Assembly (NCBI GenBank): GCA_017454625.1
Contig: JAFTCP010000116.1
Coordinates: 2,917 to 66,916 of the forward strand
Source of the DNA: Synergistaceae bacterium
Lineage (GTDB): Bacteria > Synergistota > Synergistia > Synergistales > Aminobacteriaceae
Reading direction: 5' to 3'
Length of the DNA: 64,000 bases
Every line of letters begins with the position of its first letter. Positions within the stretch are counted from its first letter, which is position 1. Of the stretch, positions 53,351-61,559 are shown in pieces. The notes beneath the pieces were generated by a model. It saw nothing but the letters and a program-made list of their open reading frames with translations, ran no database searches and had not been told where the DNA came from. A program made the position numbers and the translations under genes.

Positions 53351-56308
53351 ACTATTAATCTCCGTAAAGACGAAATCAACACGGAGACAAAAGCCCGCAC
53401 AGAAGATGACGCAGGACTTGCACGTCAGGCAAACGAAAACGCAGAAGCGAACATGCGGACAGCCTTCAATCTGCAAGAGATTAACAACCGGCGTAAAACT
53501 GACTTACACCGCGAAGAGCAAGAGCGAATTGTAAATGACATAGACCAGCAAGGGCAAATCAACAGGGCCGCAACAGCCGACATCGAAAACGCCTTAAATC
53601 TGCATGAAATCAACGCGAGGCGTAAATCAGACCTGACGCTTGAAAAGCAGGAACGCATAACTCATGATGACAACCTGCAAAGACAGATAAATGAAGCCGT
53701 AAATGCCAGTCTAGAAAACGCACTAGGCATTCATCAAGAAGCCGAACAACGGCGAAAATCTGACGAGCGAATAAAAATCATAAGCGACGAGACGGCTCGG
53801 CGAATTGATATTGACGAGTATCACCAATTACAGATTGACAAGGCGATATACGCAATACTGCAAAATTCCCTTGCGCTGAGTGAAGCCTTAGAACGAAGAA
53901 GGGCGGCCTTAATTCTTGAAGAGCAATCCCGAACCGAAGAGGACGCAGGATTGCAGGGACAAAGCGACACAAACGCGGCGGCAATAATGCAAAACGCCCT
54001 GAACATTCAACAAGAGGCTGAAAATCGCAGAAAACTCTTAGACGAAATTGCGGCGGAAGCTCAGGAGCGAGAGCGTCAAATTCAGAATGTGCGCTCGGAG
54101 ATAAGCGAACTCTACGAAATTCCTCTGCCCGGCCTTCGTGAGGAACTTGCAAAACTTCAAGAGCAAACCGACACGAACGCTGAGGCTAATATCTGGACAG
54201 CTTTGAATATTCACTCTGCATTGGCCCGGCACACAGACACATTAATTCAAGAGACACAAAGCCGAGTTTCGGAGTATGTCGTGACGCAGAGACAGATTAA
54301 CGCAAACGCAGACGGAATTTTGCAGAACGCTCTGAACCTTAGCGATGCTTTCGACAGGTACAGGAATGCATTAACTCAGGAAGCCCGCGCCCGTGTGGAA
54401 GAAGACGCAAATCTTCAAACACAACAGGGCGTAAATGCTGCGGCTATTTTGGAGCTTTCAGCTAATCTTTCAAGTGAAGCCGAAAAACGCCGTGAGCTTT
54501 CAAAAGCTATATCGGGTATTAAATCGCCGGTTGATTGGAGCAAATCCTCAAGCCTTGCGATACCAGAGCCGCGCTGTGCAGTTGTGAACTTCACGGGGCT
54601 AAAGTCCATGCCTACGAGCAAGACCGCCGAAATTCCCGCAGTAATGGAATTTTGGGACATGCAGGGTAATTTTTTCAGGAAAAATATTACGTGTTCAGCG
54701 CAGGGCAGTTCATCATTGGGCTACGTAAAAAAGAACGTGAAATTTGACCTGCTCAATGAAGACGGCTCAGAATTTGACCTGAAAATTGGAAACTGGGTAG
54801 TTCAGGACGGTTTTCACCTGAAAGCTTATTACACGGACTTTTTCAGGGGAGTTGCAGTAACAAGCTATAAATTCTGGGATGAAGTCATGAGGTATAACGG
54901 CCTTGACAAAGACAGGCCATACAAGCGGGCAATGATTAACGCATCAGAGATACAGCCGAGCGGTACGAGCCTAAACAATCCCGATGATATGACCCTGCAA
55001 CTAGACACTGGAGCATTGTGTCATCCTGACGGCTTCCCTTGCATTGTTTATTTGAACGGCCAATTTTACGGGATATTCTCATGGCAGATTAAGAAACAGC
55101 GCAAGAATTACCATATGGATAAAAGCACTGTTGAGCATATTCACCTTGACGGCTCGCTTTACACACAGTATTTCTGGAACGGCGTAATCAACTGGACGAC
55201 GTTTGAAATTCGCAACCCGAACAAGCTCTACACGATGGACGGGAAGAAATATGACGGCGACGCTCCCAAAGAATTAATTGATGAGACTTCGGAGAAGTAC
55301 AACCCAGACGATAAAAATCACGTCCGAAGCGCGACGGTCAAGAAATATATTCAAGACTTTGTGCAGAATTTCGGCGTGTTGAAAACTCTCTACTCGGTTT
55401 ATCGTTCATCACCGAGTGAAGAAACTTTTGCGGCTGTAAAAGCAAAATATGAAGAGCTCTTCGACTGGGAAAATCAGCGCGACTATCTAATTTTCTCGGA
55501 CGTTGTGAAGAACTCAGACGGTTTCGGCAAAAATTGGCAGTGGACGACTTATGACGGCGTGAAATGGTTTGTGAATGCGTATGACCTCGATATGTCTTAC
55601 GGCGGCCACTGGCAGGGGATACAGATAACCGCCCCTTTGACAGGCCATATCACAGCAAGCACTGCCATTCCTACAGGATACGTTGCGTTGCTGTATAAAT
55701 CAGAGCTGGAGGCCAGATACAGGGAGTTACGGGACGCGGGAATAATCAGCGTCAACAATATTCTCTCAAAATTGGCCGATTGGACAGCAAGGATCGGAGT
55801 TGGCAATTATGAACTTGAATATGAACGCTGGCCGAACAGTCCGTGTATTCTTAACTACACAGACAGCATATACCGCGTCAAGAGGTGGCTTGAAGTCGAA
55901 ATTGCGAACATGGACAAAATTTATGGCTACAAGCCCGACGAAGAGCCTGCGGCTGTTGAAGTCTTCGATGATTTTGAGGCTCAAATCCGAGCTGCGGAAG
56001 ATGCGGGTATTTTGAGGCAAGTAAACGCTTTAGCTGTTTCCGACATCGAAAGCGAATTGAACCGAGCAGAGGCCAATTCTGAACGCAGACGCGAAGAAAC
56101 ACAGGAGCGTTATATCCGAGACGACCAAGACTCCGGCTTACAAACACAGATAAACAAGCTGGCGGAGGCGAACATGCTGGCGTTGCTTAAAGAACACGAG
56201 ACGCATAAAAAGTTAAGCGAAATAACGCAGTCGCTGGAAGAAATTCCCCGACACTCTGCCACAGACGAAGAAGTCGACGAAATGCTCGACGAAATTTATA
56301 ACTCATGA
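53312..56308 (+). CDS. CotH-domain tail fibre protein with N-terminal ~43-aa coiled-coil repeats; 5' end displaced by the inversion
   Basis: The first 12 codons are antisense of gpW. Repeats follow. The CotH-like core includes CIVYLNGQFYGIFSWQIKKQRKNY and NWQWTTYDGVKWFVNAYDLDMSYGGHW. Repeats recur at the C-terminus. Confidence 0.6.
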   Translation: MTGQYCFLSLVIKTINLRKDEINTETKARTEDDAGLARQANENAEANMRTAFNLQEINNRRKTDLHREEQERIVNDIDQQGQINRAATADIENALNLHEINARRKSDLTLEKQERITHDDNLQRQINEAVNASLENALGIHQEAEQRRKSDERIKIISDETARRIDIDEYHQLQIDKAIYAILQNSLALSEALERRRAALILEEQSRTEEDAGLQGQSDTNAAAIMQNALNIQQEAENRRKLLDEIAAEAQERERQIQNVRSEISELYEIPLPGLREELAKLQEQTDTNAEANIWTALNIHSALARHTDTLIQETQSRVSEYVVTQRQINANADGILQNALNLSDAFDRYRNALTQEARARVEEDANLQTQQGVNAAAILELSANLSSEAEKRRELSKAISGIKSPVDWSKSSSLAIPEPRCAVVNFTGLKSMPTSKTAEIPAVMEFWDMQGNFFRKNITCSAQGSSSLGYVKKNVKFDLLNEDGSEFDLKIGNWVVQDGFHLKAYYTDFFRGVAVTSYKFWDEVMRYNGLDKDRPYKRAMINASEIQPSGTSLNNPDDMTLQLDTGALCHPDGFPCIVYLNGQFYGIFSWQIKKQRKNYHMDKSTVEHIHLDGSLYTQYFWNGVINWTTFEIRNPNKLYTMDGKKYDGDAPKELIDETSEKYNPDDKNHVRSATVKKYIQDFVQNFGVLKTLYSVYRSSPSEETFAAVKAKYEELFDWENQRDYLIFSDVVKNSDGFGKNWQWTTYDGVKWFVNAYDLDMSYGGHWQGIQITAPLTGHITASTAIPTGYVALLYKSELEARYRELRDAGIISVNNILSKLADWTARIGVGNYELEYERWPNSPCILNYTDSIYRVKRWLEVEIANMDKIYGYKPDEEPAAVEVFDDFEAQIRAAEDAGILRQVNALAVSDIESELNRAEANSERRREETQERYIRDDQDSGLQTQINKLAEANMLALLKEHETHKKLSEITQSLEEIPRHSATDEEVDEMLDEIYNS
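53400..54500 (+). repeat. ~8 degenerate tandem coding repeats (~129 bp / ~43 aa)
   Basis: Repeat unit: E(D/E)D.GLQ.Q.N.NA.A.L.NALN(L/I).(E).(A/N).RR...L..E.Q.R. Confidence 0.7.
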
Positions 56309-56369
56309 TGTTAACACGGGGTGCGCAACCGTTTTGACATAAATTATCTTTATTTTGGAGGTTTTAATT

Positions 56370-56984
56370 ATGGCGTATGACCTTAGCGATGTTGTTACTG
56401 TGAAGCAGTTGCAGAAGTCTTCACAAAAAGCATTTAGTAAGGCGGCGGCCCTTGAAGAGGCAATCAATAACAAGCTGACCAGCGTATATAAAATCAAAGG
56501 CTCATTAGCGTTTGCGTCTTTAACAAGTGCTTTGCTCGTAAAGGCGAATGAGGGCAACGTATATAACATCACCGACGCATTCACGACCACTGCTGATTTT
56601 ATCGAGGGCGCGGGTAAGAAACATACAGCCGGTTCAAACGTTGTTATTGTTGAAACTACACCGGCGGTTTATACGGCTTCCTCAGACACCAGCGTGAACG
56701 CGGAAAAAACTTACTACGTTAATCAGGACAACGTCTACAGTATAGTTACTCCGGCAGGAAATGAAGACCCATCGGACGAAGGCTGGTATGAAATTACGAC
56801 ACCTGCGGCTTACAAGTTTGATGTTCACGCAGGAGACCTTTCAAACGTTCAGGTGCTTGCGGCTCCTTCGGCGGCGAACAATATCGCGTTACTCGATATA
56901 AACGGTCAGGTTATTGACAGTACGATAGCGATAGCGAGCGATGCAGAAGTTGACGAGATGCTTGCAGAAATCTACGGAGAATAA
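56370..56984 (+). CDS. fibre-associated protein
   Basis: ATG at 56370 behind a GGAGG RBS. It shares the C-terminal motif SDAEVDEMLAEIYGE with the CotH fibre. Confidence 0.45.
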   Translation: MAYDLSDVVTVKQLQKSSQKAFSKAAALEEAINNKLTSVYKIKGSLAFASLTSALLVKANEGNVYNITDAFTTTADFIEGAGKKHTAGSNVVIVETTPAVYTASSDTSVNAEKTYYVNQDNVYSIVTPAGNEDPSDEGWYEITTPAAYKFDVHAGDLSNVQVLAAPSAANNIALLDINGQVIDSTIAIASDAEVDEMLAEIYGE

Positions 56985-57009
56985 CCCAAAGGGATAACAT
57001 GACGACAGG

Positions 57010-57035
57010 CGGGGCTTAAGGGCTCCGTCTTTTTT
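57010..57035 (+). terminator. possible rho-independent terminator
   Basis: CGGGGC-ttaagg-GCTCCG hairpin followed by a TCT5 run. Confidence 0.45.
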
Positions 57036-57052
57036 ATACAGGAGGTTGCTCT

Positions 57053-57550
57053 GTGGCTTATCAGGAAAACAGTCTAACCACTGTAGGACATCTCAAGAAA
57101 ATAGCGGGGAAGAACAAGGACGAGGCGGACGCGCTGACTTTAGCCCAAGCAGTATTAAGTGCTCGGATGGACGCTCAAGTAATGGCCTCGACGGATGGCG
57201 ATGCAGATTACGCGTCAGAAGTTGTTGATGGTCGAATAGACACGTGGGGCAATATTCAGGGAAGTTTAGGGGTGAATGTTCGGAGCGGTCAAAATCGTTT
57301 GCAGGAAGCGTTAAACGTTGCGCAGATATTATTGCAGGCTGAGATTGAAGCCGTCTCGGAAGCGCGTCTAGAAAATACTTTGAACATAGCCGAAGCGAAC
57401 GAGACGCGCCGCCGTGAGTTAGCGAAAGAAGAGGAAGACCGCACCTCTGATGATAATTCCCTGCAGGAGCAAATTAATTCATTATCAGAGGCAGTGTTAG
57501 GAATATTAACAATAATCTCGGAAAATCGGGAACGACAAAAAGGAGGATAA
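57053..57550 (+). CDS. fibre-associated coiled-coil protein carrying the same repeat type
   Basis: GTG start behind an AGGAGG RBS. ENTLNIAEANETRRRELAKEEEDRTSDDNSLQEQINSLSEA matches the repeat consensus. Confidence 0.45.
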   Translation: MAYQENSLTTVGHLKKIAGKNKDEADALTLAQAVLSARMDAQVMASTDGDADYASEVVDGRIDTWGNIQGSLGVNVRSGQNRLQEALNVAQILLQAEIEAVSEARLENTLNIAEANETRRRELAKEEEDRTSDDNSLQEQINSLSEAVLGILTIISENRERQKGG

Positions 57551-57554
57551 ACCA

Positions 57555-58889
57555 ATGGCGGAAACAGCGCATACAGGTTGGTATCGTCAAGGGACAGTAT
57601 CAGTAACGAACGGGAGCACAAAGGTATCTGGAAACGGAACGAAATTTCTTACGGCCGGAATAAATCCCGGAGCGACATTCAGGCTTGATGCAAAATCGGA
57701 TTATGCATGTGAAGTTGCGAGCGTAGTAAGTGATACGGAACTGCAGTTAGTGAAGCCATATTACGGCCAGAGTGCGAGCGGACAGACGTATTCAATCGAT
57801 CGTAATCATCAATCAACATTGCTTGCAGACCTTGCGGCGAGATTATCAAAGGCGATGGGCAACTGGGAGGCTCGCTATGACTTGGACATGGCGACAATCA
57901 CGGGCGAGAGTGCGTATGAAATTGCGAAGAGGCTGGGAAAGACGAGTGCGGCGACGGAAGCGGCTTGGATTGATGAATTGAAAGCTGGCTCGGAGCTTGT
58001 AGCATTGAAGGCGTTAGTAGATCCGATACTTGTTCACAACTCAGGAGCGCATAACGCATTATACAGAGGTAAAAATCTGGGAGTATTCTCGGATGCACAG
58101 AGCGCGGCGATACGTTCAGGAGAATTTGCGGGAACGACCGGCGGGGTATATGCAGATATATATCCTGGTGATTTTTGGGTGTTTAGCAACATTCCTTATT
58201 CGTACATCGATGAGAACGACGAGGAGAAATCAAGTACGTACAGCGGTACAATGAGGGTTGCGGACTTAGATTATTATTTACGGAGTGGTGATAATATAGA
58301 TTTAGGAGTGCACCATGCCGTAGTAATCCCAGACACGAATATGTTTACTGCGCCGATGAATGATACGAATACGACAGAGGGCGGCTATGTTGGCTCAAAG
58401 ATGCGCACGAAGTATTTGAGGAGAGCGGAAGCAATCTTCAAGGCGTGCTTTGGAGAAAATCACATACTGTCTCATCGTGAATACTTAGTGAACGCCGTAG
58501 CGAATGGCCGAGCCTCCGGTGGAGCGTGGTGCGACAGTGTTGTTGAGTTGCTGGACGAGAGAATGGCATACGGAGCTCCGATATTCGACAGTGCGAGCAC
58601 GGACGGCGGAGATACAATTCCGAACAGATACAGCGTAGGTTGCAAGCAGTTGAATTTATTCCGCCATCGCCCTGACCTGATTAGCAACAGACAGTGGTAC
58701 TGGCTAAGAAACGTTGTTTCTGCTGCTTATTTCGCTGATGTCATCAGCATTGCGAATTGTAGCTACAATTCTGCTTCGACTGCTGGCAGCGGTGTTCGCC
58801 CTGATTCACTACCCGCACGATTATCGGGCTTGTTCCTGTGTGCGTGTGAAGGGAAGGAAGAGACATCCTTTCTGCCGCAAGGTGGATAA
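57555..58889 (+). CDS. tail fibre / receptor-binding protein, DGR target (C-type-lectin-like C-terminus with variable region)
   Basis: The C-terminus QWYWLRNVVSAAYFADVISIANCSYNSASTAGSGVRP has the WLR...GVRP framework of DGR variable proteins. A DGR-type RT gene follows directly. Confidence 0.7.
   Translation: MAETAHTGWYRQGTVSVTNGSTKVSGNGTKFLTAGINPGATFRLDAKSDYACEVASVVSDTELQLVKPYYGQSASGQTYSIDRNHQSTLLADLAARLSKAMGNWEARYDLDMATITGESAYEIAKRLGKTSAATEAAWIDELKAGSELVALKALVDPILVHNSGAHNALYRGKNLGVFSDAQSAAIRSGEFAGTTGGVYADIYPGDFWVFSNIPYSYIDENDEEKSSTYSGTMRVADLDYYLRSGDNIDLGVHHAVVIPDTNMFTAPMNDTNTTEGGYVGSKMRTKYLRRAEAIFKACFGENHILSHREYLVNAVANGRASGGAWCDSVVELLDERMAYGAPIFDSASTDGGDTIPNRYSVGCKQLNLFRHRPDLISNRQWYWLRNVVSAAYFADVISIANCSYNSASTAGSGVRPDSLPARLSGLFLCACEGKEETSFLPQGG
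58695..58802 (+). repeat. DGR variable region (VR)
   Basis: 14 codons (TAT GAT ATC AGC ATT AAT TGT AGC TAC AAT TCT ACT GGC AGC) are interspersed with fixed codons. All keep a pyrimidine in position 3, as expected for diversified AAY codons. Confidence 0.65.
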
Positions 58890-58947
58890 ATGCCAATCGC
58901 CACGCCGCCAGTTACGACTGACGCGGCTATAGGGCGGTTTTCTTTTT

Positions 58948-60186
58948 ATGGATGAGAATATTTTTCTTGACGCTGATGTAATATACGATGCCGGAACTAA
59001 AGCGATGAGGGGCAGCAAGTTCAAGTATGCAACTCAGCTTTTTGAAATGAACCATCTGCTTTATACGGCAATGCTTCAACAATCCCTGCGCGACGGCACA
59101 TATACACCTTCGCAGGGTAATAAATTTCTCATACGTGAACGCGGAAAGCCCAGATACATCACGAGTAATACAATGGCCGATAAGACTATTAATCATATTA
59201 TTTGTGATGAAATTCTTACGCCTACCTTGAGTAAGTTTTTGATTTATGACAACGGAGCTTCTCAGAAGGGAAAGGGAGTAGATTTTCACCGCCGACGTTT
59301 TGAGTTTCATATGCACAAATACTTCATGAGGCACGGAACGAATGACGGTTTTATCATGCTGGGTGATTTCTCAGGTTATTACGCGAATATCCCGCACGAT
59401 AAATGTCTCAAAGTTTTAGAGCATTTCCTGATGCGCTCGGTGATTAATCCCGCCAATTTAAGAATGACGCTCAGCCTTATAGCAAAAATATTCATGACCT
59501 TTCGCATCGACGTGAGCAGATTTACTGACGCGGAAATTCAGGCGATGCGTGAGGGTAAGGTTGACCAGATGCTGAATTTGAATGTTAATCCTGAGACTTT
59601 AACAGGTCAGAAATTTCTTGATAAAGGCGTGGATATCGGCAATCAAATATCACAGAATATTGGCCTGATTTATCCATACAGGTTTGATAATTACGCGAAG
59701 ATTATTGCTGGCATTCAAGGTTACGGCAGATACACGGATGATTTCTACGCAATTTCTGAAAGCCGCGAGACCTTGAAGAATTTGCTTGACGGGCTGAGAG
59801 GAATTGCGCGGGAGTTTGGAATAATCATCAATGAGCGGAAGACAAGAATTGTAAAACTATCGAGCTTTTACCGGCACTTGCAGAACGGCTACAGCCTGAC
59901 TGAAACGGGGCGTGTAATTCGCAAGATTAACTCTAAGAGCATAACGCGCGAGCGTAGAAAGCTGAAGGCGTATAAGAGACTGCTTGACGCTGAGAAAATC
60001 ACATACAGCGAAGTTGAAAATATTTTCAAGAGCTGGCTGGGCGGCAACTATAAAAGGATGTCGCGACGGCAAATCTACAACATGACGGATTTATACATAA
60101 AATTATTCAGGAGGAAACCGAAATGGAAAAAGGGACACTCACGATTAAGCTGGCTGATGGAACACAGCTCGACGGACTGGAGCTGA
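58948..60186 (+). CDS. DGR-type reverse transcriptase
   Basis: Motifs FLIRERGKPRYI, NGASQKGKG, the DGR-diagnostic DIGNQISQ, and catalytic YGRYTDDF. Confidence 0.85.
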   Translation: MDENIFLDADVIYDAGTKAMRGSKFKYATQLFEMNHLLYTAMLQQSLRDGTYTPSQGNKFLIRERGKPRYITSNTMADKTINHIICDEILTPTLSKFLIYDNGASQKGKGVDFHRRRFEFHMHKYFMRHGTNDGFIMLGDFSGYYANIPHDKCLKVLEHFLMRSVINPANLRMTLSLIAKIFMTFRIDVSRFTDAEIQAMREGKVDQMLNLNVNPETLTGQKFLDKGVDIGNQISQNIGLIYPYRFDNYAKIIAGIQGYGRYTDDFYAISESRETLKNLLDGLRGIAREFGIIINERKTRIVKLSSFYRHLQNGYSLTETGRVIRKINSKSITRERRKLKAYKRLLDAEKITYSEVENIFKSWLGGNYKRMSRRQIYNMTDLYIKLFRRKPKWKKGHSRLSWLMEHSSTDWS

Positions 60187-60470
60187 ACGGAAATAACTTC
60201 ATCAGCAAAAAAGAAGTAACAGCCGAGACGTTCAGGGGCAAACTTGGACACGTAACGATTACCGGCGACGCGGAGACAGACGAGGCCGGATTAATCGGCG
60301 AGCATGGGCAAATGGAACTCGTGCAGGTTGCTCATTACACACAGGCCACACACGGCATTAAAGACGGGTATTATTTCGTGCTCAGAGATATTTCGGCGGA
60401 TGAGCTGGAGAGACTTCAAAATCGCGGTGATATTGAATATATCGCGATGATGACGGGTGTAACACTCTAG
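60123..60470 (+). CDS. XkdW-like phage protein
   Basis: 115 aa immediately upstream of an XkdX-like gene. It overlaps the RT 3' end by 64 nt. Confidence 0.4.
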   Translation: MEKGTLTIKLADGTQLDGLELNGNNFISKKEVTAETFRGKLGHVTITGDAETDEAGLIGEHGQMELVQVAHYTQATHGIKDGYYFVLRDISADELERLQNRGDIEYIAMMTGVTL

Positions 60471-60482
60471 GAGGTTAAAGAC

Positions 60483-60617
60483 ATGTTTGAGAAAATCAAG
60501 AAGTTTTACGACTGCGGCGTATGGAGCGAGCAGAAGGTTCGTGATGCAGTAGCAAAGAACGTAATCACGGCGGAAGAGTTCAAGGAAATTACGGGAAAAG
60601 GATTGCTCGGCGAATAG
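60483..60617 (+). CDS. XkdX-family phage protein (44 aa)
   Basis: ORF I read myself: MFEKIKKFYDCGVWSEQKVRDAVAKNVITAEEFKEITGK. This is typical of XkdX. Confidence 0.6.
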   Translation: MFEKIKKFYDCGVWSEQKVRDAVAKNVITAEEFKEITGKGLLGE

Positions 60618-60633
60618 TCGGGCTTTTATTTTG

Positions 60634-60667
60634 CGGGGAGGCTCATTGCGGGTCTCCCTCTTTTTTA
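60634..60667 (+). terminator. rho-independent terminator
   Basis: GGGAG...CTCCC stem followed by a T6 run. Confidence 0.5.
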
Positions 60668-60680
60668 TAGGAGGCCGCGA

Positions 60681-60983
60681 ATGTTTGAACAGATAAAAAT
60701 ATGGACGATTGAGCAAGTACTTTGGGCAGAAAAGAACCTGAAAGGCAAAAGCGGAGCGGAGAAAAAAGCGGCTGTAGTTAAGAAACTGGACGATATGATA
60801 ACACTGCCGTCATATTTTGAATGGGTAGACGATATATTGCTCTCATGGTTCGTAGATAAGGTTTGCGACAAACTAAACTCAATCACGGGGCATAATTTCG
60901 GCGATTTGATTTTGAGCGAAAAACGAGAGCGTGAATTGGCCGAAGAAATCGCCGATCCAGAACAAACAAAAGAGGTGAGCTAG
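60681..60983 (+). CDS. lysis-cassette protein (LL-H holin-family-like?)
   Basis: 100 aa directly upstream of the endolysin, with SGAEKKAAVVKKLDDMITLP. I saw no clear TM segment. Confidence 0.3.
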   Translation: MFEQIKIWTIEQVLWAEKNLKGKSGAEKKAAVVKKLDDMITLPSYFEWVDDILLSWFVDKVCDKLNSITGHNFGDLILSEKRERELAEEIADPEQTKEVS

Positions 60984-61559
60984 ATGGATGAACAAGAAAA
61001 ATTCATGCGTTCAATTGATTTTGCCCTGAAGTGGGAAGGCGGAAGAAATTTTATAGTCATCAACGGCAAGCCCGTAGTCAAAGGAGCGGCTAAGAACGAT
61101 GCGGGCGGGGCTACAGCTTACGGCATAATCATTCCCACTCTGAAAACCGCATACAGGGCCGGTATTGTCGGACATCAGGATATTTGCAAGCTGACACTTG
61201 ACGAGGCGAAGGAGATTTACCGCGTTAATTTCTGGGACAAGTATAACTGGGGACAGCTGGATTGGCCGGTTTGTTTATGTTGTCTGGACTGTTGCATTAA
61301 TCACGGCGGCTTTGCGTCAATCCTTCAACGCGCAGTAATTGATTGCGGGCAGTCCGTAGTAATTGACGGGAAATTTGGGCCTAAGACATTTGCGGCTTTG
61401 AAGGCGTGCGATCCTCATGAATTGGCCGGAGCAATTTACACTCAGCGTAAGAGGTACTATGAAAAAATCGTTGCCGCTAATCCTAAACAAAAAGTGTTTC
61501 TTAAGGGCTGGATGAGACGCGCCGATGAGATGGCAAAAACGGCAGGTGTTAAACCATGA
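60984..61559 (+). CDS. endolysin, GH108 N-terminal domain + PG_binding_3
   Basis: FALKWEGG...GGATAYGI catalytic region and a C-terminal peptidoglycan-binding pattern (DGKFGPKTFAAL). Confidence 0.8.
   Translation: MDEQEKFMRSIDFALKWEGGRNFIVINGKPVVKGAAKNDAGGATAYGIIIPTLKTAYRAGIVGHQDICKLTLDEAKEIYRVNFWDKYNWGQLDWPVCLCCLDCCINHGGFASILQRAVIDCGQSVVIDGKFGPKTFAALKACDPHELAGAIYTQRKRYYEKIVAANPKQKVFLKGWMRRADEMAKTAGVKP

Noticed and set aside
53400-54500. Repeat array that might be mistaken for a CRISPR or other non-coding tandem array
   Set aside because: The repeats are degenerate, ~129 bp long, contiguous with no spacers, and in frame within a long ORF. They are coding coiled-coil repeats.
53425-54660. Antisense ORFs in the fibre repeat region (53425..53658, 53778..54152, 53821..54006, 54038..54232, 54415..54660)
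   Set aside because: They lie entirely inside the CotH fibre ORF on the opposite strand, are low-complexity (Arg/Ser/Leu-rich) and have no RBS. They are artefacts of the repeat composition.
58714-58932. Alternative-frame ORF over the VR and spacer
   Set aside because: It is out of frame with the lectin-like VR framework and has no RBS. It is relevant only in showing that the spacer lacks stops in two frames.
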